This document shows, piece after piece, positions 7,899-15,967 of a stretch of 22,013 nucleotides of DNA (position 1 is its first letter; each line of letters starts with the position of its first letter). The notes below the pieces were generated by a model, which had not been told where the DNA came from, did not search any database, and saw nothing but the letters and a program-made list of their open reading frames with translations. Origin of the DNA: an uncultured bacterium (GTDB taxonomy: Bacteria; Macinerneyibacteriota; Macinerneyibacteria; Macinerneyibacteriales; DSCS01); NCBI GenBank assembly GCA_964548195.1, contig CAZJQC010000023.1, forward strand, positions 1 through 22,013, read 5' to 3'. The position numbers and the translations under genes were made by a program.

Positions 7899-8873
7899 CT
7901 ATTTTCGTCCGTCGTCTTTACTGAATCTTTCTATGTTAAGTTCCCTGATCAATTTTGAAAGGTATGTGCGGTCCATACCGATCTCCTTTGCGGTGGCAGC
8001 CTGATGCCAGTTGTTTTTCCTCAACTTCATGTGTATGTAGTTCCGTTTAAACTCACGCAGCGCCTGCTTGTATTCCATTGTAAACACGGGATCGCCCCTC
8101 ACCTCACGCGGAAGCGCCGACGGCCTTATATGGCCCTTTGCGTCCTTAAGGGTGATCTCATCTCCGTCAGGCATGAAGATCAATACGCGCTGCAGGTTGT
8201 TGAACAGTTCGCGTATATTGCCGTACCAGCTGAACTCCTCCAGGTATTCAAAGACGGCCTCTTCTATGCGCGGTATATAGCCCAGCGAGGACCTGATGAA
8301 ATATCTGGCGATATAACGGATGTCCTCCGGCCTTTCCCTCAGCGGAGGAATGTTGATGGTGATCACATTAAGCCTGTAATAGAGGTCTTCCCTGAAATCG
8401 CCCAGCCGTATCATGCTTTCCAGGTCGCGGTGGGTGGCCGCGAGAAAACGGACGTCGGCATCGATCTGTTCCACGCCGCCCAGCCGTTCGAACGAACGTT
8501 CCTGAAGCACTCTCAGCAGTTTTACCTGCAGATGCAGCGGCAGGTCGCCTATCTCATCCAGAAAGAACGTGCCGCCCCCGGCTATCTCTATCTTGCCCGG
8601 CTTCCTTATTTCGGCGCCGGTGAAGGCGCCTTTTTCATAGCCGAATATCTCGGATTCTATGAGCTCTCCGGGAAAAGCCCCCGCGTTCACCGCGACAAAC
8701 GGGCCGTTTTTTCTGGCGGAAAGCGCATGTATCCATCTGGCGACCAGCTCTTTTCCCGAGCCGCTTTCGCCTCTGACAAGCACATAGTTGTCATAATGCG
8801 ATATCTTCCTTATCACACTCCTGATCTCTGACAACTCTCTTGACACGCCCACCAGAGGCGAAGGGATCATCAT
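7899..8873 (-). CDS. Sigma-54-dependent transcriptional activator (AAA+ plus Fis-type HTH), no N-terminal sensory domain
   Basis: Walker A GESGSGKE, ESEIFGYEKGAFTGA, Walker B FFLDEIG, QVKLLRVLQ, FREDLYYRL, W.GNIREL, C-terminal HTH QAATAKEIGMDRTYLSKLI. Confidence 0.93.
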   Translation of the reverse strand: MMIPSPLVGVSRELSEIRSVIRKISHYDNYVLVRGESGSGKELVARWIHALSARKNGPFVAVNAGAFPGELIESEIFGYEKGAFTGAEIRKPGKIEIAGGGTFFLDEIGDLPLHLQVKLLRVLQERSFERLGGVEQIDADVRFLAATHRDLESMIRLGDFREDLYYRLNVITINIPPLRERPEDIRYIARYFIRSSLGYIPRIEEAVFEYLEEFSWYGNIRELFNNLQRVLIFMPDGDEITLKDAKGHIRPSALPREVRGDPVFTMEYKQALREFKRNYIHMKLRKNNWHQAATAKEIGMDRTYLSKLIRELNIERFSKDDGRK

Positions 8874-8885
8874 AATGCTTCCCTG

Positions 8886-9887
8886 CTAAAGGGAAAGTTC
8901 CTTCTTAACATCCGCCTCAAGTATCTTTACAAGGAGCTGCACGGTGCTTTCCAGGTCGTCATAGGATATGGTCTCCGAGACGGAATGCACATATCGTGTG
9001 GGCACTGAAAGCACGCCGGCCAGCACGCCCGACCGGGACAGATTGATGGCTCCGCCGTCGGTGCCGCCCATGGTCAGTATTTCCGGCTGATACTTGATGT
9101 TGTTCTTTTCCGCGGTGGCGATAAAAAAGTCCTTGACCTTTTTTGGCACCAAAAGCGAGTTGTCCTTTATCTTTATAGCGACGCCCGCGCCGAGCTTCAT
9201 GGGCAGTTTGGGCGCTTCCGGCGTATCTGCGGCAATAGTCACATCCAGCGCGATGCCGAGATCCGGTTCCACCTCATATGCCGCGGCTTTTGCCCCCCTG
9301 AGCCCGACCTCTTCCTGGACGGTGAACACATAATGTATCTCGTTGTCCGTCTGCTTTATCCTTTTCGCCGCCTCTATGGCGGCCACGCAGCCGATCCTGT
9401 CGTCCATGGACTTGGCCACCAGCCTCCCGTTGATCTCCATGAGGTCGTTGAGGAATGCGCCGAACAGACCCTCGCCGGCCAATTTGAAGGCCTCATCCCT
9501 GTCCGCGGCGCCTATGTCCACAAACAGCCTGGAAAAATCGAGATCGGATATGTTTTTGACCGGCTCCGCGCCGATAACGCCCTTTATGCCGTTTTCAAGC
9601 ATCACGCGCTGCGCTATGCATCGCACGGGGTTCACTCCGCCAACGGGCGAGATGCGCAGAAATCCCTCTTTTGTCACATGGGTCACCACAAAACCTATCT
9701 CATCCATATGGGCCGCGACCATTATCCTGGCCCCTTTTCCCTTTTTGACTGCGTGCAGGTTCCCCATGGAATCGGTATGTATCTCATCCACATACTGTTT
9801 TATCTCTTTTTCTATGACCGCCTTTATCTTGTCCTCCCTGCCGGAAGGGCCGAACGTCTCGACCACTGTCTTTATCAGCTTTTTCAT
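8886..9887 (-). CDS. M42 family (TET-like) aminopeptidase, third of three
   Basis: FGPSGRE, AAHMDEIG, SMDDRIGC, QEEVGLRG, ALDVT, GGTDGG, PTRYVHS. Confidence 0.93.
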   Translation of the reverse strand: MKKLIKTVVETFGPSGREDKIKAVIEKEIKQYVDEIHTDSMGNLHAVKKGKGARIMVAAHMDEIGFVVTHVTKEGFLRISPVGGVNPVRCIAQRVMLENGIKGVIGAEPVKNISDLDFSRLFVDIGAADRDEAFKLAGEGLFGAFLNDLMEINGRLVAKSMDDRIGCVAAIEAAKRIKQTDNEIHYVFTVQEEVGLRGAKAAAYEVEPDLGIALDVTIAADTPEAPKLPMKLGAGVAIKIKDNSLLVPKKVKDFFIATAEKNNIKYQPEILTMGGTDGGAINLSRSGVLAGVLSVPTRYVHSVSETISYDDLESTVQLLVKILEADVKKELSL

Positions 9888-10915
9888 AATACCTCCTTAA
9901 AATCCATGAGCGCTTTTTTCGCCAGCTTAACGGTATTTTTCAAATCTTCCGCCGCAAGTATGCCCTTTGGTGAATGTATGTACCGCACGGGCACGGAGAT
10001 CACGATGGAGGGTATGCCCCCTTTTGTGTGTATGACCCCTATGTCCGTCCCGCCGGTGACGGTGCGTTTATACTGGAAGGGTATCCCGTATTTGCCGGCT
10101 GTCTTTGTGAGATGGTCGCGCAGCACCCGGAACCCGATGGTCGTCCTGTCCATGAATGTGATCGCCGGCCCTTTTCTCATCTCCGTCGACGGCGACACGT
10201 CCTCCTTCACGGGGACATCTCCCGCGGTCGTGCCTTCGAAAGCGATCACGTAGTCGGGACTGACTCTTTCGGCGAGTATGGAGGCGCCTCTTAAACCCAC
10301 CTCTTCCTGCACGGAGAATACGGCCGTGATATTCACCGGATACGACTCATCCTCCTCGGTGTGCAGCAGCTCGCTTACGACCGCGCATCCCGCCCTGTCG
10401 TCAAAAGCCTTGCCCATGACCACATCCTCCTGAGAGACAAACTTTGTGTCGAACACCCCGTATGTGCCGGCATCGACTATTTTCAGCGCTTCCTCTTTGG
10501 AAGAGGCGCCTATGTCTATGTAAAGGCTGCTCAGCGGTATGGGCGACTGCCATTCATCGCGCGACTGCAGATGTATGGGTTTGGCTCCGACCACGCCCTT
10601 GACGGCCTCGTTTCCAAGCACCACTCTTTTCGAGACAAGCAGTCTTGTGTCCAGTCCGCCTACGGTAAGAAAATTAAGCATGCCCGAAGCGTCGGCTCCG
10701 GTGACCATAAGGCCCACCTCGTCCATATGGGCGACCAGCATGACATTGGGCGCGTCTTTTAAGCCGCAGTACTTGCGGGCGTAAAGATTGCCCATGAAAT
10801 CGACTGAGGTCTCATCGACATCGTCCTTTATTTCCGCCTTTATTACTTCCATGATCTCTTTCTCATGTCCTGAGACGCCGAAAGCGTTTGAATATTTTTC
10901 CAATGTACGTATCAC
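9884..10915 (-). CDS. M42 family aminopeptidase, second of three (start corrected to GTG at 10915)
   Basis: GTG at 10915 overlaps the upstream TGA (GTGA) and has GGGAGGTG 5 nt upstream. Motifs: FGVSGHE, VAHMDEVG, AFDDRAGC, QEEVGLRG, AFEGTTAGD, GGTDIG, PVRYIHS. The ORF-track extension to 11371 lies inside the upstream peptidase gene. Confidence 0.9.
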   Translation of the reverse strand: MIRTLEKYSNAFGVSGHEKEIMEVIKAEIKDDVDETSVDFMGNLYARKYCGLKDAPNVMLVAHMDEVGLMVTGADASGMLNFLTVGGLDTRLLVSKRVVLGNEAVKGVVGAKPIHLQSRDEWQSPIPLSSLYIDIGASSKEEALKIVDAGTYGVFDTKFVSQEDVVMGKAFDDRAGCAVVSELLHTEEDESYPVNITAVFSVQEEVGLRGASILAERVSPDYVIAFEGTTAGDVPVKEDVSPSTEMRKGPAITFMDRTTIGFRVLRDHLTKTAGKYGIPFQYKRTVTGGTDIGVIHTKGGIPSIVISVPVRYIHSPKGILAAEDLKNTVKLAKKALMDFKEVL

Positions 10916-11955
10916 TGTTCCACCTCCCTGAATAAGACGTCTGCCTCGGACACAAAGATCGCAAGCAGCCTGGCCGTCCTTTTGACGTCTTTCAGCGACA
11001 GCGTCTCCACCGTGGTATGCATGTACCTCAGTGGTATGCACATCTCCACGACGGGCACGCCCGTGGCAGAGATCTGTACTGTGTAGGCGTCCGTGCCGCC
11101 GGGCCGGGGAAGCATCTCCCTTTGGAAGGGTATATCCCATTCGCCGGCAAGTTCCCTGAGTTTTTTTGTAAGGCCCGGATGAAAGTTCGCGCCGTGTGAT
11201 ATGGACCCGCCCTCGCCCAGCTTGACCGTCATGTTTTCCGGAATGCCGGGAAAATCGCCGAATGTCACGTCCACGACTACCGCCAGGTCGGGCTTGATAC
11301 CGTAGCTTGCAATAGACGCGCCTCTGGTGCCCACCTCTTCCTGCACCGTGCCCACCATGTATACGTCCCATTTATGTTTGACTTTTTCAAGTATTTTCAA
11401 CGTCTCCATAAGCACGAGCACACCGGCCCTGTTGTCCATGGCGGCCGAAGAGAGCCTGTCCCCCTTAAGCTCCGAGCACACGGAGTCAAAGAGCACGTTA
11501 TCCCCCACGGAGATGTTTGCCCTGACGTCTTCGGGCGTCAGCCCCGTATCCACGTATAGCTCATCAAGCGGAGTGACTTTTAACGTGTCTCCGGGCTTCT
11601 GCAGATGAGGCGGCACGCTGCCCACAATGCCCTTCAGCTCCTTTTTGCCGAACACTATCATCTCCTGGCCAGGCAGCACCCGCGGGTCATGTCCGCCTAT
11701 GGGGGCCAGCCTTAAGAAGCCGCTGTCTTCAATATACCTGACAATAAATCCTATCTGATCGATATGCGCCGCGAACATTATCTTTCCGGAAGAATCCGAA
11801 CCTTTTTTAATCCCGACGACATTATTGAACCTGTCAACATATGACTCTTCACAATATCGGGAAAAATATTTTCTGATAAGGTCTGCAATGCCCTCTTCGG
11901 CACCGGATATCCCCGGGGTCTCCGTCAAAGATTTCAACATATCTTTGGTTTCCAA
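10912..11955 (-). CDS. M42 family aminopeptidase, first of three
   Basis: TTG start with a GAAGGGGTG RBS. Motifs: PGISGAE, AAHIDQIG, AMDNRAG, QEEVGTRG, VVDVTF, GGTDA, PLRYMHT. Confidence 0.92.
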   Translation of the reverse strand: METKDMLKSLTETPGISGAEEGIADLIRKYFSRYCEESYVDRFNNVVGIKKGSDSSGKIMFAAHIDQIGFIVRYIEDSGFLRLAPIGGHDPRVLPGQEMIVFGKKELKGIVGSVPPHLQKPGDTLKVTPLDELYVDTGLTPEDVRANISVGDNVLFDSVCSELKGDRLSSAAMDNRAGVLVLMETLKILEKVKHKWDVYMVGTVQEEVGTRGASIASYGIKPDLAVVVDVTFGDFPGIPENMTVKLGEGGSISHGANFHPGLTKKLRELAGEWDIPFQREMLPRPGGTDAYTVQISATGVPVVEMCIPLRYMHTTVETLSLKDVKRTARLLAIFVSEADVLFREVEQ

Positions 11956-11982
11956 TTAGATCACCCCTTCATTTTTCTAAAC

Positions 11983-12024
11983 TTGACATAACTCTAATAT
12001 TATTTATAATTCATAAACTGTCAA
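11983..12024. promoter_or_regulatory. Overlapping divergent sigma-70 promoters (TPR gene on +, M42 operon on -)
   Basis: Plus strand: TTGACA (11983-11988)-N16-TATAAT (12005-12010). Minus strand: TTGACA (12024-12019)-N16-TAATAT (12002-11997). Confidence 0.7.
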
Positions 12025-12049
12025 GAAATTAGATTGCGGAGGTAACTTT

Positions 12050-12991
12050 ATGAAAAAAAACGCCATGATGCTGTTGATATTGTCCCTGTTTGTAATGACT
12101 GCCGCACCTCAGTCCGCCGCGAATTTTTACAATGCCGGTGTTGATGCCCTCAACGGGGGCGATTACACCGCAGCCGTTGAAAATTTCAAGGCTGCCGCCC
12201 TTGCGGATCCGGCTCATCTGGAAGCCAGACTGGGACTGGGACAGGCCTATTTTAAGCTGAACCAGTGGAACAATGCGGAAATAGCCCTCAAGGAAGCCTC
12301 GAACCTGGCGCCGGACAACGCCGACGCCCTTGACCTGCTTTCAAAGGCTTTTTACATGAACAAAGAATACGGTGACGCCGCCGCCGTACTGGAAAAGCTC
12401 ATCGCATTAAGGCCCGATGCAGGCGCCTACTCGCTTCTCGGCAAATCCTGCTATAACCTTGAAGATTTCAAAAAGTCAGCAGACGCATTTGCGAAGTCGC
12501 TGGAAATGGGGTCTACGGACACATCCGACTACAGAAGGCTGGCAAACGCGTATTACAAGCTGTACAAATCACTGAAAGACCGCGCGTATTTCGACAAGGC
12601 CATAGACGTGCTTGACAAAGCCGTCGTCATATCCGCCGAAGCGGACAGCTACTATCTGAAAGGCAAGTTCCTGTATTTCATGAAAAAATACGAGCCTGCC
12701 GCCGAGGCGCTGAAAGCCGCCGCCGCGATGAATACCGATGACAACACCCTGTTTTATCTGTCCAAATCGCTTTATCTGCTTAAAGAATATGACGAAGCGC
12801 TTATCTACGGCAAAAAATTACTGTCCGTAAAAAGCGGTTCCAAAGCATACGCGCTGCTCGGCGACATCTGCAGAGACAGCGGCATGAACAGCGAGGCTTC
12901 GGAATACTACAGGCAGGGAGCGGCCTATTCCGACAAGTCGGGACAGTACTGCGCCCAGTATTACAAATACATGCAGTCGCAGGGACACTGA
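12050..12991 (+). CDS. Exported tetratricopeptide-repeat protein
   Basis: Signal peptide MKKNAMMLLILSLFVMTAAPQSA. Repeated TPR units such as ARLGLGQAYFKLNQWNNAEIALKEASNLAPDN and AYSLLGKSCYNLEDFKKSADAFAKSLEM. GGAGGT RBS. Confidence 0.88.
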   Translation: MKKNAMMLLILSLFVMTAAPQSAANFYNAGVDALNGGDYTAAVENFKAAALADPAHLEARLGLGQAYFKLNQWNNAEIALKEASNLAPDNADALDLLSKAFYMNKEYGDAAAVLEKLIALRPDAGAYSLLGKSCYNLEDFKKSADAFAKSLEMGSTDTSDYRRLANAYYKLYKSLKDRAYFDKAIDVLDKAVVISAEADSYYLKGKFLYFMKKYEPAAEALKAAAAMNTDDNTLFYLSKSLYLLKEYDEALIYGKKLLSVKSGSKAYALLGDICRDSGMNSEASEYYRQGAAYSDKSGQYCAQYYKYMQSQGH

Positions 12992-13014
12992 CATCCAATA
13001 CATGAGACTCTTTT

Positions 13015-13045
13015 AAAAGAGGGCGGCCCGGCCGCCCTCTTTTTT
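13015..13045. terminator. Bidirectional intrinsic terminator between the convergent TPR and FGE-like genes
   Basis: AAAAGAGGGCGGC-CCG-GCCGCCCTCTTTTTT: a perfect stem with a T run on + and an A run on the other side. Confidence 0.85.
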
Positions 13046-13108
13046 ATTGATGATATCTTTCCATAAAATAACAGCCGGGGCAGACTTAACATGCCCGCGG
13101 CAGATCTT

Positions 13109-13915
13109 TCAGTCCGCGCTTCTTGCCACGCGAAAGCCGCAGCTGCCGGTTTTTTCAGCCCCTTTCCCTCTCGCGGTGACCCGCAGCGGGCCGGCCGTTT
13201 CGCTGTCCCATGCGCCTCCACGTGTGCTGTGATGCGTTCCCATCAGCATGCCCTTGGGCGAGCGGTCGTCGGACATCCTGTAAAAATACTCGGAATAAAA
13301 GTCCCAGCACCATTCCGCGACATTCCCGCTCATGTCATACAGCCCAAGTTCATTCGGTTTTTTCAACCCCTTTTCATGTGTCTGCCCGCCGCTGTTCTCC
13401 CCGTACCAGCCTGCGTCTTTCGCATTCGCGCAGCCGACATATGCGTATCCTCCTGACAGGCCTCCGCCCCGCGCGGCGAACTCCCATTCGGCCTCGGTCG
13501 GCAGCCTGTAGCCGTCCGCGCCCCATTGACAGATGACGTCGTCTCCGTTTACCGTATAGACGGGAGTCAATCCCGCGGCCTCGCTCAATTTATTGCAATA
13601 CTCCACGGCCTCAAGCCAGGCCACGGATTCAACGGGCCTGTTTTCACCCCTGAACCGCGACGGATTATATCCCATGACGCTTTCGAACTCTTTTTGCGTC
13701 ACTTCATAGATGCCGATATAAAATGAAAACAGCTTGACCTCATGGGGCGGTTTCTCATCTTCAGCCCCGTCATCGGACCCCATGATAAAGGAGTCCATCT
13801 CAATAAACGCCTGTTCGGGCGTACTTATCCCTGCGGCGCGCGCTTCACGGCAGTCGCCGAAAGAAAAAAAGAGTGTCATGGAAATAAGAAAGACATATGT
13901 TTTCAAAACGCTCAT
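13109..13915 (-). CDS. Exported formylglycine-generating enzyme (FGE-sulfatase/SUMF1/EgtB/PvdO) fold protein, probably non-catalytic
   Basis: FIMGS..DEKPPHEV..FYIGIYEVT, PVESVAW.EA..YC, YRLPTEAEWEFAARGG, PNELGLYDMSGNVAEWCWD, RGGAW, GFRVA. ATG at 13915 has an AGGAGG RBS and begins a signal-like N-terminus. Confidence 0.88.
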   Translation of the reverse strand: MSVLKTYVFLISMTLFFSFGDCREARAAGISTPEQAFIEMDSFIMGSDDGAEDEKPPHEVKLFSFYIGIYEVTQKEFESVMGYNPSRFRGENRPVESVAWLEAVEYCNKLSEAAGLTPVYTVNGDDVICQWGADGYRLPTEAEWEFAARGGGLSGGYAYVGCANAKDAGWYGENSGGQTHEKGLKKPNELGLYDMSGNVAEWCWDFYSEYFYRMSDDRSPKGMLMGTHHSTRGGAWDSETAGPLRVTARGKGAEKTGSCGFRVARSAD

Positions 13916-14162
13916 AAAAACCTCCTTTACCATAACTATATGGCATATCCGCCCCGTTCTAAAGCCCGTTACGGCCTAAATAAACGGCGCGGTCACAAGC
14001 ACGCGTCAGATCTCTTCATACATTTTTTCGGAAAGAAGTTTTTTTTGCGCATCGCATCCCGAACGCGCGCTCCGCCATACGGGTCATCAAACAAATGGCC
14101 GGAGAGCTGTAAGTCGATGTTTGTGCCCGGGCAAAAGAAAAAGCTGATGCTGCTTTTGCGTT

Positions 14163-14188
14163 AAAAAAAAGGGGGGACAAGCCCCCCT
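14163..14188 (-). terminator. Intrinsic terminator after the folC-ECF-FecR-like operon
   Basis: Minus strand reads AGGGGGG-CTTGT-CCCCCCT followed by a T run, about 33 nt after the stop at 14222. Confidence 0.85.
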
Positions 14189-14221
14189 GTGATTCCATCA
14201 TTTTCCCGTACAGGGAGTATA

Positions 14222-14920
14222 TTACTTATCCTCTTCGTCCCGTTTCAGGTTCCAGTTCACCCAGGGGTCCTCCCTGTCCTTTTCGATATCGAACGGTTCG
14301 GGCTCGGTCGGGTTTCCGCCGGCATCCACCGAGATCGAATTCATGGATTCCACGATCTTGACCCATTCCTCCATGGTGATCTCGCTGGGCCCCTGCACCT
14401 CTTCCGGTCCGCTGATCTCATGCACATCCTGCGCATCGGAGGCGGTGTCCGCGGCGGGCCTTTTCCCGGCCACAGCCACGGTGCCGGTATAGACGTTCAG
14501 CAATGCGGAATCATCCGCGAACTGGTCTATCCTGTACGAGGTGCCTCTCACCCCGGCCGTTCCCGTTCTGAACGAGACATTATAATCGTCGCCTTTTACA
14601 AGCTTCTTCACCTTGGTCCAGAAGCGGCCCAGGGTCACTTTTATGCTGATCTTCTTGTTTTTTTCCTCATACCTTAGTTTTTCAAAATATATTCTCGAAT
14701 GCTCTCCGATCCTGACTATGCTCCCGTCTTCAAGCGTGATCTCCATGCGGCCCTTTTCTGTGGATATGAGGTCGCCCTCGTTCACGCACTGGCGCAGTTT
14801 CGGCACGGCATAATTGATAAACGTATTGCCTTCCTTGTACGTGACCTTGCCGGACAAGGCGCTTGCCGATGCGGCGCATAAAAGGACAAACACCGCTATC
14901 ATCAAAAGATTTTTTCTCAT
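14222..14920 (-). CDS. Exported FecR-domain-like protein (paralog of 6419..7159)
   Basis: Signal peptide MRKNLLMIAVFVLLCAASASA-LS. Core GDLISTEKGRMEITLEDGSIVRIGEHS...GRFW...TAGVRGTSY...LNVYTGTVAV. ATGA overlap with the upstream gene. Confidence 0.8.
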   Translation of the reverse strand: MRKNLLMIAVFVLLCAASASALSGKVTYKEGNTFINYAVPKLRQCVNEGDLISTEKGRMEITLEDGSIVRIGEHSRIYFEKLRYEEKNKKISIKVTLGRFWTKVKKLVKGDDYNVSFRTGTAGVRGTSYRIDQFADDSALLNVYTGTVAVAGKRPAADTASDAQDVHEISGPEEVQGPSEITMEEWVKIVESMNSISVDAGGNPTEPEPFDIEKDREDPWVNWNLKRDEEDK

Positions 14921-15366
14921 TCTTCCCCCTTTTCAGTGCTTCCGGCCGCTTTCACGGCGCCTCGAAGCTGCTCCTCCAATTCGAGGTATCCGTCGATCCG
15001 CGAATCAACAAAGATCTCTTTCCCGTCACCGCTCACCGACAGGCCGTTCTCGTATTTGTCGATATTCCCGACCTTAGCGTACTTTATGCCCAGTTTTGAC
15101 TTCCCCGGCACCAGTTCGCAGATCTCATTGTCGTCAAGGGAGATCCTGACCGTGGAGCACCAGAGATAATATTTGGAGTATTTGAACAGCGGGAAAAGCA
15201 GGAAAAAGGTGGCTATCAATATGTAGTTCATCAGCTGGTTTACTTTGCCGGTATAAATACATGCTATGTATCCGGCCACCACTATTACCATAAAGATCAT
15301 GATGCCCGCATTTATTTTCCTTATTTTCTCGACATACGAGCGCGAAAACATAAATTTTTTTGTCAT
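14917..15366 (-). CDS. Hypothetical membrane protein: two TM helices plus a small soluble (PH-like?) domain
   Basis: ATG at 15366 (MTKKF) has an AGGAG RBS. Hydrophobic segments AGIMIFMVIVVAGYIACIY and LMNYILIATFFLLFPLF. The C-terminal part VRISLDDNEI...IKYAKVGNI...IFVDSRIDGYLELEEQL resembles bacterial PH-like domains (inference). Confidence 0.7.
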   Translation of the reverse strand: MTKKFMFSRSYVEKIRKINAGIMIFMVIVVAGYIACIYTGKVNQLMNYILIATFFLLFPLFKYSKYYLWCSTVRISLDDNEICELVPGKSKLGIKYAKVGNIDKYENGLSVSGDGKEIFVDSRIDGYLELEEQLRGAVKAAGSTEKGEE

Positions 15367-15373
15367 GTCTCTC

Positions 15374-15967
15374 CTATCCGCCGAAATATTCTTCAAGCAT
15401 CTTCTCAAGCATCTTCCTGGCCCTGAAAAGCCGGCTTTTCACCTGGCTTCGCGTAAGGCCCGATTCATCCGCAATTGTATCATAACTTTTGCCTTCAATC
15501 GCGGATTTTATTATAACCTCCGCATAATGGGGCGGCAGCTTCTCTATGGCAGCGTCGATCTTGCCGGATATTTCCCTGAATTCCAGCGCCTCATCTATAT
15601 TTACCGCGTCCTTGCTGTCTATGATCTCAAGCTCTTCCTCCCGTTTCGGCACCATGTGTTTTTTGACTATCTGCCGCAAATACATACGCCACTCATTGTT
15701 GATGACCGCGGAAAGCCAGGAGGAAAAAGACCCGTCTCCCTTATATGTGTTTATTTTATAATACACCGTTATAAATACATTTTGAAACAATTCTTCCACA
15801 AAGATATCTTCCCTCGCGAACTTTCTTATCCTTTTTATCACGAACAGGCTGTAGCGACGTACAAGTTCGTCAAAGGATTTGACATCGCCGCTTTTCACCT
15901 TTTCGATCAATGCGGGTTCGCCCATATGGCGGTAGCCCGAGTCCTTCTTTTTATCTGAACCGCTCAT
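15374..15967 (-). CDS. ECF (group 4) RNA polymerase sigma factor
   Basis: Region 2 GDVKSFDELVRRY...EELFQNVFITVY...FSSWLSAV; region 4 IEKLPPHYAEV...GKSYDTIADESGLTRSQVKSRLFRARKML. Probable start MSGSD at 15967 (GGGGG SD), overlapping the folC end by 17 nt. Confidence 0.9.
   Translation of the reverse strand: MSGSDKKKDSGYRHMGEPALIEKVKSGDVKSFDELVRRYSLFVIKRIRKFAREDIFVEELFQNVFITVYYKINTYKGDGSFSSWLSAVINNEWRMYLRQIVKKHMVPKREEELEIIDSKDAVNIDEALEFREISGKIDAAIEKLPPHYAEVIIKSAIEGKSYDTIADESGLTRSQVKSRLFRARKMLEKMLEEYFGG

Noticed and set aside
8874..8888. M42 peptidase and sigma-54 activator are in frame across TAG CAG GGA AGC ATT ATG (possible amber readthrough or recoding)
   Set aside because: In-frame spacing has a 1-in-3 chance. 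TAG ends other genes here normally (ECF sigma, the activator itself), no pyrrolysine machinery is visible, and the fusion makes little structural sense.
10916..11371. 151-aa N-terminal extension of the second M42 ORF (track 9884..11371)
   Set aside because: It overlaps the first M42 gene in another frame and is Arg/Gly-rich with no family similarity. A GTG with a strong RBS at 10915 gives a normal-length M42 protein.
13109..13250. Diversity-generating retroelement variable region at the FGE-fold C-terminus
   Set aside because: No template repeat, reverse transcriptase or accessory gene was seen within the window.
14096..14111. TGGCCGGAGAGCTGTA as a sigma-54 -24/-12 promoter
   Set aside because: The -12 element lacks the conserved GC, and it points toward no plus-strand gene.
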